64,000 bases of DNA, taken from the NCBI GenBank assembly GCA_964519615.1, contig CAZFIM010000002.1:23814-87813 (forward strand), in the 5' to 3' direction. Position numbers and translations under genes: made by a program. Below are positions 1 to 9,395 of the stretch, one piece after another. Every line of letters starts with the position of its first letter. Within the stretch, counting starts at the first letter, position 1. The notes beneath the pieces are model-generated. The model made no database searches. It had not been told where the DNA came from and worked only from the letters and a program-made list of their open reading frames with translations. The stretch is from an uncultured Dehalococcoidales bacterium (GTDB lineage: Bacteria; Chloroflexota; Dehalococcoidia; GIF9; UBA5629).

Positions 1-184
1 TGATGGCGGAGACCTCGCTCTCCGCCTGTATGAAAGCGCAGCCCTTTCTCCTGCTTAAATTAGCTGCCATATATTCAGTTAATTCATTCTGCGGCGTGAT
101 GGGATAGCCGAAATAACACTGGCACCCGGCCCTGATGGCCGCTTCGCCAATGGCGGCATTCCCATACATGAGCACTTTAGTCAC
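1..184 (-). CDS. 2-oxoacid (2-oxoglutarate/pyruvate):ferredoxin oxidoreductase alpha subunit, 5' fragment; the gene continues past the window start
   Basis: Reverse-strand translation reads (V)TKVLMYGNAAIGEAAIRAGCQCYFGYPITPQNELTEYMAANL..FIQAESEVSAI, matching the conserved KorA/PorA N-terminus (GNEAIA..AG..YAGYPITP..QAE.E). It lies directly downstream of a ferredoxin-type delta subunit. The start is either GTG at 184 or ATG at 159. Confidence 0.65.
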   Translation of the reverse strand, partial: MTKVLMYGNAAIGEAAIRAGCQCYFGYPITPQNELTEYMAANLSRRKGCAFIQAESEVSAI

Positions 185-386
185 GGTACACCTCTATAGC
201 GACCTCCGCACACACCAGAGCGCAGATAGCGCAGCCCGTACACTGCCCGCTGTCACCGCAAACAGCATACTGATAGCCGGCGGCATTGAGCTGGTCTGAA
301 AGAGAGATAAGCTCTTTGGGGCAGAAAGAGGTGCATATTGCACAGCCTTTGCAGAGTTCGGTATCGATCTGGATATATCCGCTCAT
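177..386 (-). CDS. 4Fe-4S dicluster ferredoxin-type protein, probable delta subunit of 2-oxoacid:ferredoxin oxidoreductase
   Basis: 69 aa with two CxxCxxCxxxCP-like motifs (CKGCAICTSFCP and CTGCAICALVC). It sits immediately upstream of the korA-like gene on the same strand. Confidence 0.7.
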   Translation of the reverse strand: MSGYIQIDTELCKGCAICTSFCPKELISLSDQLNAAGYQYAVCGDSGQCTGCAICALVCAEVAIEVYRD

Positions 387-636
387 AACAAGTATCGATC
401 GTGGAGCAGCCTGGACAGGTTAGGCAACCGGCGGGCTGTTCAATTGTCGCTGGTTATTCTACTCCTGAAACACGAACATACGCAAATAATGATACTCAGG
501 CGTAAATAATTGTTATCTGCAGGTTACCGTCATCCATTTGTTTCCAGATATGTTTAATCAAATGAAAGCTAAGGCTTGTCAAAGGGACCGCTTGTAAGAT
601 ATGCTTTGAACGCACTATAGTGAGCATGTATGTAAC

Positions 637-1241
637 ATGATAAAAATCCTGGCCCTTGACGCAATGGGGGTAATTTATCCGACAGCAGATGATGTAAAAC
701 ATCTGCTGATACCGTTCATTGAGGAAAAGGCGGCAGCAAAGACATTCCCGTAATAGAGAGGCTTTATTATTCGGCAAGCCTGGGTGAGATATCTGCGGCT
801 GATTTCTGGCAAAGCGCGGGATTAAACCCTCATCTTGAAGACGAATATCTTGAAAGACATCGTCTTGCTGACGGCCTGATACACTTCCTTGAAACGATCA
901 GGGGGAGGGGCTACAGAATATGGTGCCTATCCAATGACTTGTCCGAATGGTCAAAAAAACTGCGCAAGCGTTTTAGACTGGAAAAATACTTCGAAGGATT
1001 CGTTGTCAGCGGGGATGCCGGCGCAAGAAAGCCGGCACCGGCAATTTATCACAAGCTGCTTGAGCTCATGCAGGAGAACCCGAAAAATATCACCTTCGTT
1101 GATGACAATGCAAAGAATCTGGATTCAGCAGCGGCACTCGGCTTCCACACGATACTTTTTAGACCCATGGGGGATAATGTCACCGGCTGCGTCCATCAAA
1201 CGGTCCGCAATTTCGGTGAGCTTGAGCTTCTTTTGCCTTAA
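637..1241 (+). pseudogene. HAD-superfamily hydrolase interrupted by a -1 frameshift in an A-run (725-728)
   Basis: The N-terminus MIKILALDAMGVIYPTADDVKHLLIPFIEE is in frame 1 and stops at TAA 751. The rest (GGSKDIPVIERLYY...SGDAGARKPAPAIYHKLLELM..ITFVDDNAKNLDSAAALGFHTILF) continues in frame 3 to 1241. One extra A in gaggaaaagg would restore a single ORF. Confidence 0.55.
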
Positions 1242-1638
1242 ATCTGTAAATTAGCAGCCGCTTTACTATAAGTCACCCATCCATGGATAAAGGTTCCCCG
1301 GGTCAGCCATCATACAGCTTTCCCCAATACTGGATTAAACCTCTCTGGTTGGTATTTTATCCACATCACTATCCGCCAGAGATGATGTCTGGTACAATTT
1401 GCTCCCTTTTTTCCTGCGTGCTGCCTGCGCCAAGCGGCCGTATTAGAAACGTAAAACATTCGCAAAAAGCCTGAACATAATTATCTACTTTTCTTCTACG
1501 AGATTGACATGTTGCCCTCCTGCGGCAGACTCCTCGCACTGGCTAATAATAGACGATTATGATACGAATCAACGGCTGCTGCCCGCTCGTGTGTCATCAA
1601 TAATCCGTTGAAGGCGGGTTCGCACTCAAGTAAAAACG

Positions 1639-2391
1639 CTAGTGGCCGCCGCAGCACTGGACGTTGAGTGTTATTTTGGCCTCCGCCTGCCGTCCGGTGG
1701 TATCGGTCACTTTCACCGTTACGGTCTGCAGCGACCTTTGTTTGGCGATGTAGTATACCTTTTCCATCGTATCGTCCGCCGGGTCTATATCTCCGCCCGT
1801 TGCGGTCCATTCTATGGCAAGTGCATCGCCGTCCGGGTCCTCGGCTTTGCATCTGAAGATAACGGTGCTCCACTGCCTTACCTTTACCGGGTCCTGCCCC
1901 GGAAATACCTCATACGGGGGAAGGCCGGAAGGCTGTACCATAAGAGTTATGACGGGAGCATGGCCGGTCTCTTCCGGCGCAGCTACCTGCACGTGGACAG
2001 TATCCGTAGCCGCTCCGCCGGAACCGTCCGTTACCGTCACCCCGATGCTGTAATGCCCTTCCTGCGCAGGAGCTTTCCAGATAACGGTATCCCCCTTGCC
2101 CGAGATGCTGCCTGCTTCTATGGACCAGGAGTAGTAGAGCTCGCCGCCGTCGCTGTCCTCTGCGATGCAGCGGACCTCCGTGCTTGCCAGCGGGGCAATC
2201 TGTGACCGGGCCTGCACGGAACGTATAACGGGCATGCTGTTTTCAGGCTGCGGAGTATCGGCGGGTGCCGCGGCCGGCGCTGCCGGGGAAGCGGTTTCTT
2301 CCGGGGGCGTGAGCTGGCATCCGGCAAGGCACAGGGCCGTGATTGCCGGCAGTGCTATTGCCGCTGCGAGTAACCGCTTGAAAACTTTCAT
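1639..2391 (-). CDS. secreted lipoprotein with two tandem Ig-like/PKD-like beta-sandwich repeats
   Basis: Signal peptide with a LAGC lipobox and a Pro/Ala-rich linker. Two repeats follow the pattern YxWxxxxGxIxxxGxxVxWxAPxxxGxYxIxVTVTDxxGxxAxxxVxVxV. Confidence 0.75.
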   Translation of the reverse strand: MKVFKRLLAAAIALPAITALCLAGCQLTPPEETASPAAPAAAPADTPQPENSMPVIRSVQARSQIAPLASTEVRCIAEDSDGGELYYSWSIEAGSISGKGDTVIWKAPAQEGHYSIGVTVTDGSGGAATDTVHVQVAAPEETGHAPVITLMVQPSGLPPYEVFPGQDPVKVRQWSTVIFRCKAEDPDGDALAIEWTATGGDIDPADDTMEKVYYIAKQRSLQTVTVKVTDTTGRQAEAKITLNVQCCGGH

Positions 2392-2529
2392 CAGTATGCC
2401 GGAAAAACGCTTATCGGTACCGATGGGAGCACGATATATCGATTCCGTTGACTAATTATAGTGAATACAATGGGCAAAGTCGAACAACTCTAAATTGATA
2501 AAATAGATAAGGCCGGCAAGCGCAGGGGC

Positions 2530-2558
2530 TTGGACAGGCGCCCGGCATCGGTTATAAT
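2530..2558 (+). promoter_or_regulatory. sigma70-type promoter for pyrF (TTGGAC / TGGACA, 16-17 bp spacer, TATAAT)
   Basis: TGGACA at 2531-2536 and a perfect TATAAT at 2553-2558. The ATG at 2568 is only about 10 nt downstream, so the mRNA would be near-leaderless. Confidence 0.45.
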
Positions 2559-2567
2559 GCTTGTTGT

Positions 2568-3374
2568 ATGGCCATGACATTTATCGAGAAGCTGTCCGCA
2601 GCGACAGTGAAAAACAAAAGCCTGCTCTGCGTGGGGCTGGACCCGGACCCCGCGCGCATGCCCGTAAAGAGCATTCTCGATTTCAACCGGGCGATTATCG
2701 ATGCTACAGCGGACCTGGTCTGCGCCTATAAGCCGAACTTTGCCTTCTATGAGGCTTCAGGCATCGCGGGCATGGAACAGCTCAAACAGACTATCGAGTA
2801 TATCCCCTATGATATCCCCGTGATCGGCGATGCCAAACGCGGCGATATCGGCAGCACGGCGCAGGCATATGCCCGTGCGCTTTTTGCAGCTTTCGGCCTG
2901 GATGCCGCCACCGTGAACCCGTACCTGGGCTTCGATTCTATTGAGCCGTTTTTAGCCCACAAGGATAAGGGAATCTTCATCCTGTGCCGCACGTCCAATA
3001 AAGGGGCCGTAGACTTTCAGAACATTCTCTCGGCAGAAGGAGAGCCGCTCTACCGCGCTGTAGCCCGCAAGACGCTGGAATGGAATAAGCAGGGGAATAT
3101 CGGGCTTGTTGTGGGCGCCACTTATCCCGACGAGCTGAAGGAGATACGCGGCCTCTGTCCGGAAATGCCGCTGCTGATACCGGGCATAGGTACGCAGGGT
3201 GGAGACCTGAAGCTGGCTGTGTGCAACGGGGTCGATTCGGAGGGCAGGAACGCCTTATTCAACGTCTCCAGACAGGTGCTCTACGCTTCTTCCGGCCCCG
3301 ATTTTGCCCGGGCTGCCCGCCTCAGCGCACAGGAAATACGGGACCGGATACAGGACTATTTGGAGCAGGCATAG
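2568..3374 (+). CDS. pyrF: orotidine 5'-phosphate decarboxylase, type 2
   Basis: Signature motifs LCVGLDP and DAKRGDIGST; length 268 aa. Confidence 0.9.
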   Translation: MAMTFIEKLSAATVKNKSLLCVGLDPDPARMPVKSILDFNRAIIDATADLVCAYKPNFAFYEASGIAGMEQLKQTIEYIPYDIPVIGDAKRGDIGSTAQAYARALFAAFGLDAATVNPYLGFDSIEPFLAHKDKGIFILCRTSNKGAVDFQNILSAEGEPLYRAVARKTLEWNKQGNIGLVVGATYPDELKEIRGLCPEMPLLIPGIGTQGGDLKLAVCNGVDSEGRNALFNVSRQVLYASSGPDFARAARLSAQEIRDRIQDYLEQA

Positions 3375-3393
3375 CGAATGCCCGGGAGGGGAG

Positions 3394-3588
3394 ATGACGA
3401 TAGAACCGGGCGATACCGTATACCTCAAGAAAAAACACCCCTGCGGCGGCAGCCGCTGGGAGGTGATAGCGGTCGGGGCCGATATCAGGTTGAAATGCTG
3501 CACCTGCGCCCGCGTTATTCTCTTACCCCACTCCGAATTTGAGCGTAAGATCAAGACGGCAGGCTCCGGCGGCATGCCCCCGCGCTAG
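3394..3588 (+). CDS. DUF951-family small protein
   Basis: MTIEPGDTVYLKKKHPCGGSRWEVIAVGADIRLKCCTCARVILLPHSEFERKIK matches the DUF951 pattern (KKHPCG..W.V...GADI..KC..C.R..ML.R..FEK). An RBS GGGAGGGGAG precedes ATG 3394. The longer ORF starting at 3304 overlaps pyrF and was discarded. Confidence 0.7.
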   Translation: MTIEPGDTVYLKKKHPCGGSRWEVIAVGADIRLKCCTCARVILLPHSEFERKIKTAGSGGMPPR

Positions 3589-3683
3589 AATGGTCTATGA
3601 ACACAGCATGCAGGATGAATATCCGGGGAAGGCAGCGTTATGCCGTTGCCTTGCCCTTCCGCTTCCGTCTCAGCATGTAGCAG

Positions 3684-4880
3684 ATGCGGTTTAATATGGG
3701 ACGCATTATTATCCATGTGGACATTGATGCCTTCTTCGTATCGGTGGAGCAGGCGCTGGACCCTTCGCTTAAGGGTAAGCCGGTCATCGTAGGCGGACAG
3801 CCGGATCGGCGCGGCGTGGTGGCCGCCGCCTCGTATGAGGCGCGCGCCTACGGTATACATTCGGCCATGCCGCTGGCGCAGGCATACCACCTCTGTCCTC
3901 ATGCCATTTTCCTGCACGGCAGCTTCTCCCGCTACAGAGAGGTATCGGGCCGGTTCATGGCCGTACTTGCCGATTTCACGCCGGACCTGGAGCCGGCCGG
4001 GCTGGATGAGGCTTACCTGGATATCACCGGCTGCGATATGTACGGTCCGTCGCGTACTCTCGCTGAAATCCTCAAAGAGCGCGTGAAGAAGGAGTGCCGG
4101 GTGGTAGCCTCGGTGGGCATCGCCTCATCCAAAATAGTGGCCAAGATAGCCTCCGATTATGGCAAGCCGGACGGGCTGGTGGAGGTAGCGGAGGGGAAGG
4201 AAAGGGAATTTCTGGCTCCGCTCGATATCGCCCGCATTCCCGGAGTGGGCAAACGCACGGAGCAGAAACTTCGCTCGATAGGGATAACCACCATAGGCAA
4301 GCTTGCGGATATGCCGAAGGAGACGGCAAGGAACTACCTGGGCAAGTTCGGACTGATGCTGCGAGAGTACGCCTTCGGCATAGACAGCAGGCGCGTGGAG
4401 GCTCCGGGAGAGGCAAAGTCCATAAGCCGGGAGATGACCTTCTCGAACGATATCAAGGAAAGCACCCGCCTCAAGGCGGTGCTCAGCTACCTGTGCGAGC
4501 GCGTGGGCGCCGAACTGCGCAGACAGAACAAGCAGGGCGGTACCGTATCGTTGAAAATCAGGTTCGATGATTTCGAGACGCTCAACCGAAGCCGCAGCCC
4601 GGGACAATCGTTCAATACCGATAAGGTGATCTTCGATATTTCCTGGACGCTGCTTGAGCGCGTTCTCTCCGGGAACAACCGGCCGGTGAGGCTGCTGGGT
4701 GTGGAGGTGAGCAATCTGTCCCTCGAAGGGCGGCAGCTTACCTTTTTCGATGCGGATCTCGCGCAGCAGGAAAAGCTGGATAAAGCCATCGACCGCATCA
4801 GGAAGAAGTACGGCTTCCGCTCCGTGCAGACGGGACGTACTCTGTATTCGGATGATATCTTCGAGAGGGGCGGCAGGTAG
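3684..4880 (+). CDS. dinB: DNA polymerase IV (Y-family)
   Basis: IIHVDIDAFFVSVE, PVIVGG, SYEARAYGI motifs; about 398 aa. The start could instead be ATG 3696. Confidence 0.9.
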   Translation: MRFNMGRIIIHVDIDAFFVSVEQALDPSLKGKPVIVGGQPDRRGVVAAASYEARAYGIHSAMPLAQAYHLCPHAIFLHGSFSRYREVSGRFMAVLADFTPDLEPAGLDEAYLDITGCDMYGPSRTLAEILKERVKKECRVVASVGIASSKIVAKIASDYGKPDGLVEVAEGKEREFLAPLDIARIPGVGKRTEQKLRSIGITTIGKLADMPKETARNYLGKFGLMLREYAFGIDSRRVEAPGEAKSISREMTFSNDIKESTRLKAVLSYLCERVGAELRRQNKQGGTVSLKIRFDDFETLNRSRSPGQSFNTDKVIFDISWTLLERVLSGNNRPVRLLGVEVSNLSLEGRQLTFFDADLAQQEKLDKAIDRIRKKYGFRSVQTGRTLYSDDIFERGGR

Positions 4881-4912
4881 TGCCGGTATCTGTGACATGG
4901 AGCTACCGGCAC
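4880..4912. terminator. hairpin after dinB (9 bp stem GTGCCGGTA / TACCGGCAC, 15 nt loop)
   Basis: Inverted repeat seen directly. There is no strong U-tract, so terminator function is uncertain. Confidence 0.3.
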
Positions 4913-5110
4913 CGTACAATATTCAAGATCAAAGCCGCATGCACCCGCCGGCGTTGTATAACATCGTGACATTGATAGAGAATGCCGTGCCGCCTCCTGC
5001 TTGCGGCGGTGATGCCGTCCTTATTGCCGGCGCTAGGCGCTCGCTGCATATGATGCTCACAAGTTAAAATTCTGCAACTTTTTACGGGTTCTCACGTTAT
5101 AATAAAAACA

Positions 5111-5683
5111 GTGTTGCCGGATGTGGAAAAAGAGGATTTACAGCTAGAAGAAGAACTTGTCAGAAAAGCCCAGCACAGCCGCCAGGCGTTTGGCGAGCTG
5201 TACCGGCGCTATTACGCCGGCATATTCGGCTACACCCTGAACAGGGTAGCCGATGTACAGCTTGCTCTGGATATAACGTCTGCGACATTTTTTAAAGCGT
5301 TAAACAGGATTCAGCGCTTCCGCTGGCGCGATATTCCCTTCTCCGCGTGGCTTTACCGCATTGCCACCAACGAGATCAACGACTACTACAGGAAGAAAAA
5401 ACACCCCCTTATCTCACTGGAAAGCAATCCTCACTGCATGGAGATCGCCAACCCTTCCGATGAGATAACAGAAGCTGAAGAGGAGATGTCCAGACGCGAG
5501 GAGTTTTTACGCCTTCACAAAACGCTGACCGGACTGCCGCTCAAATACCAGGAGGTTATTTCATTGCGCTTCTTTGAGAAAAAGAGCATAAAAGACATCT
5601 CTCAGATACTGGGGAAGAAAGAGGGGACGGTGAAATCGCTGCTGCACCGGGGGCTGGAACAGCTCAGAGCGCACATGGAGTAA
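5111..5683 (+). CDS. ECF-type RNA polymerase sigma-70 factor
   Basis: Sigma-70 region 2 (YRRYYAGIFGYTLNRVADVQLALDITSATFFKAL) and region 4 (LKYQEVISLRFFEKKSIKDISQILGKKEGTVKSLLHRGLEQLR). GTG start. Confidence 0.85.
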   Translation: MLPDVEKEDLQLEEELVRKAQHSRQAFGELYRRYYAGIFGYTLNRVADVQLALDITSATFFKALNRIQRFRWRDIPFSAWLYRIATNEINDYYRKKKHPLISLESNPHCMEIANPSDEITEAEEEMSRREEFLRLHKTLTGLPLKYQEVISLRFFEKKSIKDISQILGKKEGTVKSLLHRGLEQLRAHME

Positions 5684-5741
5684 TGCAACTTTTTTAAAAA
5701 TCAGCGTTCTGTTATTACAGGCATAAAAAGAGGCATATATT

Positions 5742-6533
5742 GTGGACAAAGATGAACTGATTAATACACTGGAGAACCTGGACCTGCCTGATATTGTCAT
5801 TTGCAGCCACCGGGAAAATCTCGGGAAAGCTTTACAGGATGCCGCCTATCCCGCTGATTTTGAAAAGGGACAGGCGCGGGTATCCGGCCTGTCTTTTCTT
5901 GACCGCCTGCGGTATCAACCGGCATGGAAGCTGGCGGCGGGCCTTGCAGTGTGCCTTGTGATAGCTGCTCTGGCGGTCTTTCTGCCGCTGGTGACGGCCC
6001 CCTCGCCTGACAGTCTGGCGGTGCAGATCGCCCGTAATGATCCGCAGATAGCACGAACCCTGCAGGGGGAAGGAAATATAGATGTGCTGCATTTGAAGAT
6101 AGAGGGCAGAACGGCACAGGTGGTGTGTACCAGGGGCTGGGGAGATATTGTAGAGGCCAGCATCGACCTCGATGCCGGAAAAGTAGTGAGCGCCCGGCAC
6201 CTTCAGGGGCTGTATCTGCCGGAGTTGACCGAGATGGCACGTGCACACGCGCTTGATATAGCGATGGATGATCCCAGGGTCAAACAAATACTGGATAAAG
6301 GAGGCAGTGTGGGTAGAATATTTCCTTCTTTCTCAAGTTTATCGAGCGCCTCCATGGTGGGAAGCGACATGGTAAAGATTATTCCTGATACCAACCTGGC
6401 CATTCTGCAGATTGAATCACAGGGAAAGAGCTGGATTATCCAGATAAACCTCGATGAAATGCAGGTGGAGAATATAATAGAACCTCAGCTCAAATTGCCG
6501 GGGAAGAACGGAATGAGCGATATCTGCTTTTGA
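5742..6533 (+). CDS. putative anti-sigma factor (single-pass membrane protein)
   Basis: Lies immediately downstream of the ECF sigma. Short cytoplasmic N-terminus, one TM helix (WKLAAGLAVCLVIAALAVFLPLV), then an extracytoplasmic domain. GTG start. The assignment rests on position and architecture. Confidence 0.5.
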   Translation: MDKDELINTLENLDLPDIVICSHRENLGKALQDAAYPADFEKGQARVSGLSFLDRLRYQPAWKLAAGLAVCLVIAALAVFLPLVTAPSPDSLAVQIARNDPQIARTLQGEGNIDVLHLKIEGRTAQVVCTRGWGDIVEASIDLDAGKVVSARHLQGLYLPELTEMARAHALDIAMDDPRVKQILDKGGSVGRIFPSFSSLSSASMVGSDMVKIIPDTNLAILQIESQGKSWIIQINLDEMQVENIIEPQLKLPGKNGMSDICF

Positions 6534-6573
6534 AAAGGAAGAGGGCCAATTGACAAGGGAAAGGTGACCGGAT

Positions 6574-7839
6574 ATGAAATCGATCGTAAAGCTGTCTAAA
6601 AGAATATATGCAGGCCGCAGGCTTCATGCTGTTTTGCTTGCCGCAGTTATGCTGGCAGCCGCAGCTTCGGCCGGGTGCGGCGGTGCGGACCTGAATGCAT
6701 CGACCGGTTCAGGCCAATTTTCTTTGCTGTCACCGGCGCCCGCCGAAGCTGCGGCAATTTCACTTTATGATGAGGACAGCGTCGTTGCTCTCTATGAGCG
6801 GTCTATCCCCGCTGTAGTGCAGATAGATATGGCAGGCAGTATTAAGCTTGATGCTCTTGAACGCTTAGACCTTCCCGTCCCGCAGCTACGGGGACAGGGT
6901 TCCGGCTTCATTATCGATGACGAAGGGCATATCCTGACCAATTATCATGTTGTGGACAATGCCGGCAAAGTGAAGTTCACGCTGCATGACGGGACCGAGT
7001 TGACCGCAAAGGTAGGGGGCACAGACCCCAATAACGACCTCGCTCTTATTTCGGTGGACCCGGAAAAACTCGGAGATATCCTGCCTTTGCCACTGGGTGA
7101 CTCGGATGCAATAAAGCCGGGACAAATGGCCATTGCACTGGGCTCTCCCTACGGGCTAGAGGGCTCCATAACGGTAGGCGTGATAAGCGGGTTGAAGCGT
7201 TCCATTACGGGTAAAACACAGCGGCCTATAGCGGATATGATTCAGACGGACGCGGCCATCAATCCCGGCAATTCAGGAGGACCTCTGCTGAACTCCTGCG
7301 GAGAGGTTATTGGCATCAATACCGCTATCGAGGCTTTTGCCAACGGGATCGGCTACGCTGTACCGATAAATACCGCAAGGTCGGTGCTGCCTGCTCTGCT
7401 CGATGGTGAGAAGGTGAGGAGCGCCTGGCTGGGCGTGAGCGGCACGGCGGTGACAGATGAGCTTAAAGAAAAGCTGGGCCTGACGGTAGATGAAGGCGTA
7501 TACGTTATAGGAGTGATACCCGACAGCCCCGCTCAGGAAGCGGGCATAAGGGAGGGAGGCAGAAACCAGCAGGGAGAGCCCACCTCGGGCGGCGACGTTA
7601 TCATTGAGGTAGACGGTGTTGCGGTGAGCGAAGTGGAAGACCTGATACGCTATTTCAACAGTAAAAGGCCGGGGGATGAAGTAAGCCTCCTCATAGTCAG
7701 AGATGGCCGGGAGATGACGGTGGGGGTGCAACTGGATGAATGGCCTGAGGATATTGCCGTTTCAGGGGATCGTATTCAACCGAAAGAGTTCGACTTTGGA
7801 CCTTTTCACTGGTTCTGGGACTGGGACAGCCGCCAGTAG
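6574..7839 (+). CDS. HtrA/DegP-family trypsin-like serine protease with PDZ domain
   Basis: Signal peptide, HVV catalytic-His region, D..ALI, GNSGGPLLN catalytic Ser motif and a C-terminal PDZ-like region. RBS AAAGGTGA. Confidence 0.9.
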   Translation: MKSIVKLSKRIYAGRRLHAVLLAAVMLAAAASAGCGGADLNASTGSGQFSLLSPAPAEAAAISLYDEDSVVALYERSIPAVVQIDMAGSIKLDALERLDLPVPQLRGQGSGFIIDDEGHILTNYHVVDNAGKVKFTLHDGTELTAKVGGTDPNNDLALISVDPEKLGDILPLPLGDSDAIKPGQMAIALGSPYGLEGSITVGVISGLKRSITGKTQRPIADMIQTDAAINPGNSGGPLLNSCGEVIGINTAIEAFANGIGYAVPINTARSVLPALLDGEKVRSAWLGVSGTAVTDELKEKLGLTVDEGVYVIGVIPDSPAQEAGIREGGRNQQGEPTSGGDVIIEVDGVAVSEVEDLIRYFNSKRPGDEVSLLIVRDGREMTVGVQLDEWPEDIAVSGDRIQPKEFDFGPFHWFWDWDSRQ

Positions 7840-7860
7840 CGATCATCTGAATACAGGATG

Positions 7861-7906
7861 ACATAAACATAGGAGGGGGCGTTCCGGCCCCCTCCTATGT
7901 TTATGT
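7861..7906 (+). terminator. intrinsic terminator-like hairpin with a perfect 20 bp stem after htrA
   Basis: ACATAAACATAGGAGGGGGC-gttccg-GCCCCCTCCTATGTTTATGT, read directly. The U-tract is weak. Confidence 0.55.
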
Positions 7907-7996
7907 ATATCACCCGACCCCGCCCCGAGAGGAGCGTTTTTAGATGCGCGATACTTAGTGCGATTCCGGCATATCTACGCATTGAAAATTGGGGAT

Positions 7997-8025
7997 TTGA
8001 CAAATATAACTTTACTTAGTAAAAT
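7997..8025 (+). promoter_or_regulatory. near-consensus sigma70 promoter for the MarR gene (TTGACA, 17 bp spacer, TAAAAT)
   Basis: TTGACA at 7997-8002 and TAAAAT at 8020-8025. ATG at 8044. Confidence 0.5.
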
Positions 8026-8039
8026 ATTTATTTAGTAAA
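8011..8039. promoter_or_regulatory. tandem inverted repeats TTTAC-N3-GTAAA overlapping the -10 and transcription start; candidate MarR autoregulatory operator
   Basis: tttacTTAgtaaa at 8011-8023 and tttatTTAgtaaa at 8027-8039. Confidence 0.35.
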
Positions 8040-8043
8040 TAAT

Positions 8044-8523
8044 ATGTCTCCGGAGCGCCTCATGTCAAGCGGTCAATTTGATGAAATTTTCGAACTTCTT
8101 GTTCGCGTACTTCCCGTTGTACACAAGAAGATACACAGGGATATTTTCAAGGTCACAATCGAACAGGCCGGTGGGGACATGTCGCCGCATCATCTGATGA
8201 TACTTAAGATGCTCAGGGACGGTGGACTTTTCACCATGAGCGAGATCGGTGAGGAAATTGCCGTCTCCCAATCACAGATGACCCATTCAACGGATAAGTT
8301 GATAAAACTGGGTTTGATTACAAGAAAGGCAGGTACCGCCGATAGGAGAAAAATAAATATCAGGCTAACTGCGAGGGGAAGGGAATATCTGGAAAAGCTG
8401 GAGCCGGCAATGAAAAGAAGGGTAGAATCAAAGTTGTCCCTGTTATCTGATAATGATATGGTAAAGCTGGCAGTTTCGCTGAGGGATCTGGCCGGGATAT
8501 TCAGAAAATTGCACTGGGAGTAA
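8044..8523 (+). CDS. MarR-family transcriptional regulator
   Basis: Winged HTH: MILKMLRDGGLFTMSEIGEEIAVSQSQMTHSTDKLIKLGLITRKAGTADRRKINIRLTARG. Confidence 0.85.
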   Translation: MSPERLMSSGQFDEIFELLVRVLPVVHKKIHRDIFKVTIEQAGGDMSPHHLMILKMLRDGGLFTMSEIGEEIAVSQSQMTHSTDKLIKLGLITRKAGTADRRKINIRLTARGREYLEKLEPAMKRRVESKLSLLSDNDMVKLAVSLRDLAGIFRKLHWE

Positions 8524-8569
8524 TAAATAAACTGGCCCCCCATTGTTTAATAGGAATTTTTTTAAACTA

Positions 8570-8607
8570 TTATTGCAACTTATTGCAATAACAATAGGCT
8601 GCAATAA
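8570..8607. promoter_or_regulatory. three TTGCAA-type motifs, including the perfect 12 bp palindrome TTATTGCAATAA, upstream of the FmdE-like operon
   Basis: ttattgcaac at 8570-8579, ttattgcaataa at 8580-8591 and ctgcaataa at 8599-8607. The first two are spaced about 10 bp apart. Confidence 0.3.
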
Positions 8608-8624
8608 TTATAAAGGAAGGATTA

Positions 8625-9341
8625 ATGAGCACTGGTTATATTGCCAATCCGCGGCAGGAAATAACAGAGGCTGTAGACGCAGGAGATATATTGAAGCTGC
8701 TTAAGATAACAGGGACTTTACACGGCCATTTTTGCCCTGGAAGCGCGCTTGGTATCATGGCTACTATGTACGGGCTGCGTAAACTCAGAAGAGGGAGTAT
8801 GGCATCGGATGGTATGGAAGAGCTGATGGCTATAGTGGAAACGAATGCGTGTTTCACCGATGGTGTACAAATGGTATCCGGGTGTACTATCGGCAACAAC
8901 GGGCTGATATATCGTGATCTGGGCAAACACGCCGTGACTTTCATTATACGCGGGAAAGAAACTGGCGTACGTGTTCATGCACTGCCGTCTTTTCGTTCTT
9001 GTATAGAAAGGGAGGTTCCGGAATTCTTCTCCTTGGTATCCGAAGTCATTAAAAATAAGGACTGGAGCATAGCGGGGAAAAAGACCTATCGTGAAAAGGG
9101 ATGGGAAGCGGCATGTGCTCTGATAAGACACCCATTTGAGGAAATTCTGGCGGCAGAAACCTTCTTTCTTGCGCTGCCGGAATATGCACCGATTGTAAAA
9201 AGCGCCGTCTGCGCCGCCTGCGGTGAAGAGATTATGGTTACTAAAACCGTTGCTGAAAGTGAAAACCGCAGTCTCTGCTTCATGTGCAGCGGACATCGAT
9301 ACTTTCAGGTAGAGGGACAGGGAATAGTGTCCAAAGGCTGA
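8625..9341 (+). CDS. FmdE/FwdE-family protein with C-terminal zinc-ribbon
   Basis: HGHFCPGSALG motif typical of formylmethanofuran dehydrogenase subunit E-like proteins. C-terminal CAACGEE...CFMCSG, giving a CxxC...CxxC pattern. Confidence 0.8.
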   Translation: MSTGYIANPRQEITEAVDAGDILKLLKITGTLHGHFCPGSALGIMATMYGLRKLRRGSMASDGMEELMAIVETNACFTDGVQMVSGCTIGNNGLIYRDLGKHAVTFIIRGKETGVRVHALPSFRSCIEREVPEFFSLVSEVIKNKDWSIAGKKTYREKGWEAACALIRHPFEEILAAETFFLALPEYAPIVKSAVCAACGEEIMVTKTVAESENRSLCFMCSGHRYFQVEGQGIVSKG

Positions 9342-9395
9342 TATTGGATGCCGTTTCAGGGCGGTTCAGAATTCATTTGAGAACGGAGAAATATT

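Noticed and set aside
496-1873. Track ORFs 496-777 (-), 889-1254 (+), 1283-1474 (+), 1496-1873 (-), 1642-2205 (+) and similar
   Set aside because: They are antisense to, or frame-shadow ORFs of, the HAD pseudogene and the lipoprotein gene. They have low complexity or Arg/Pro/Cys-rich composition typical of non-coding frames, no family resemblance and no RBS.
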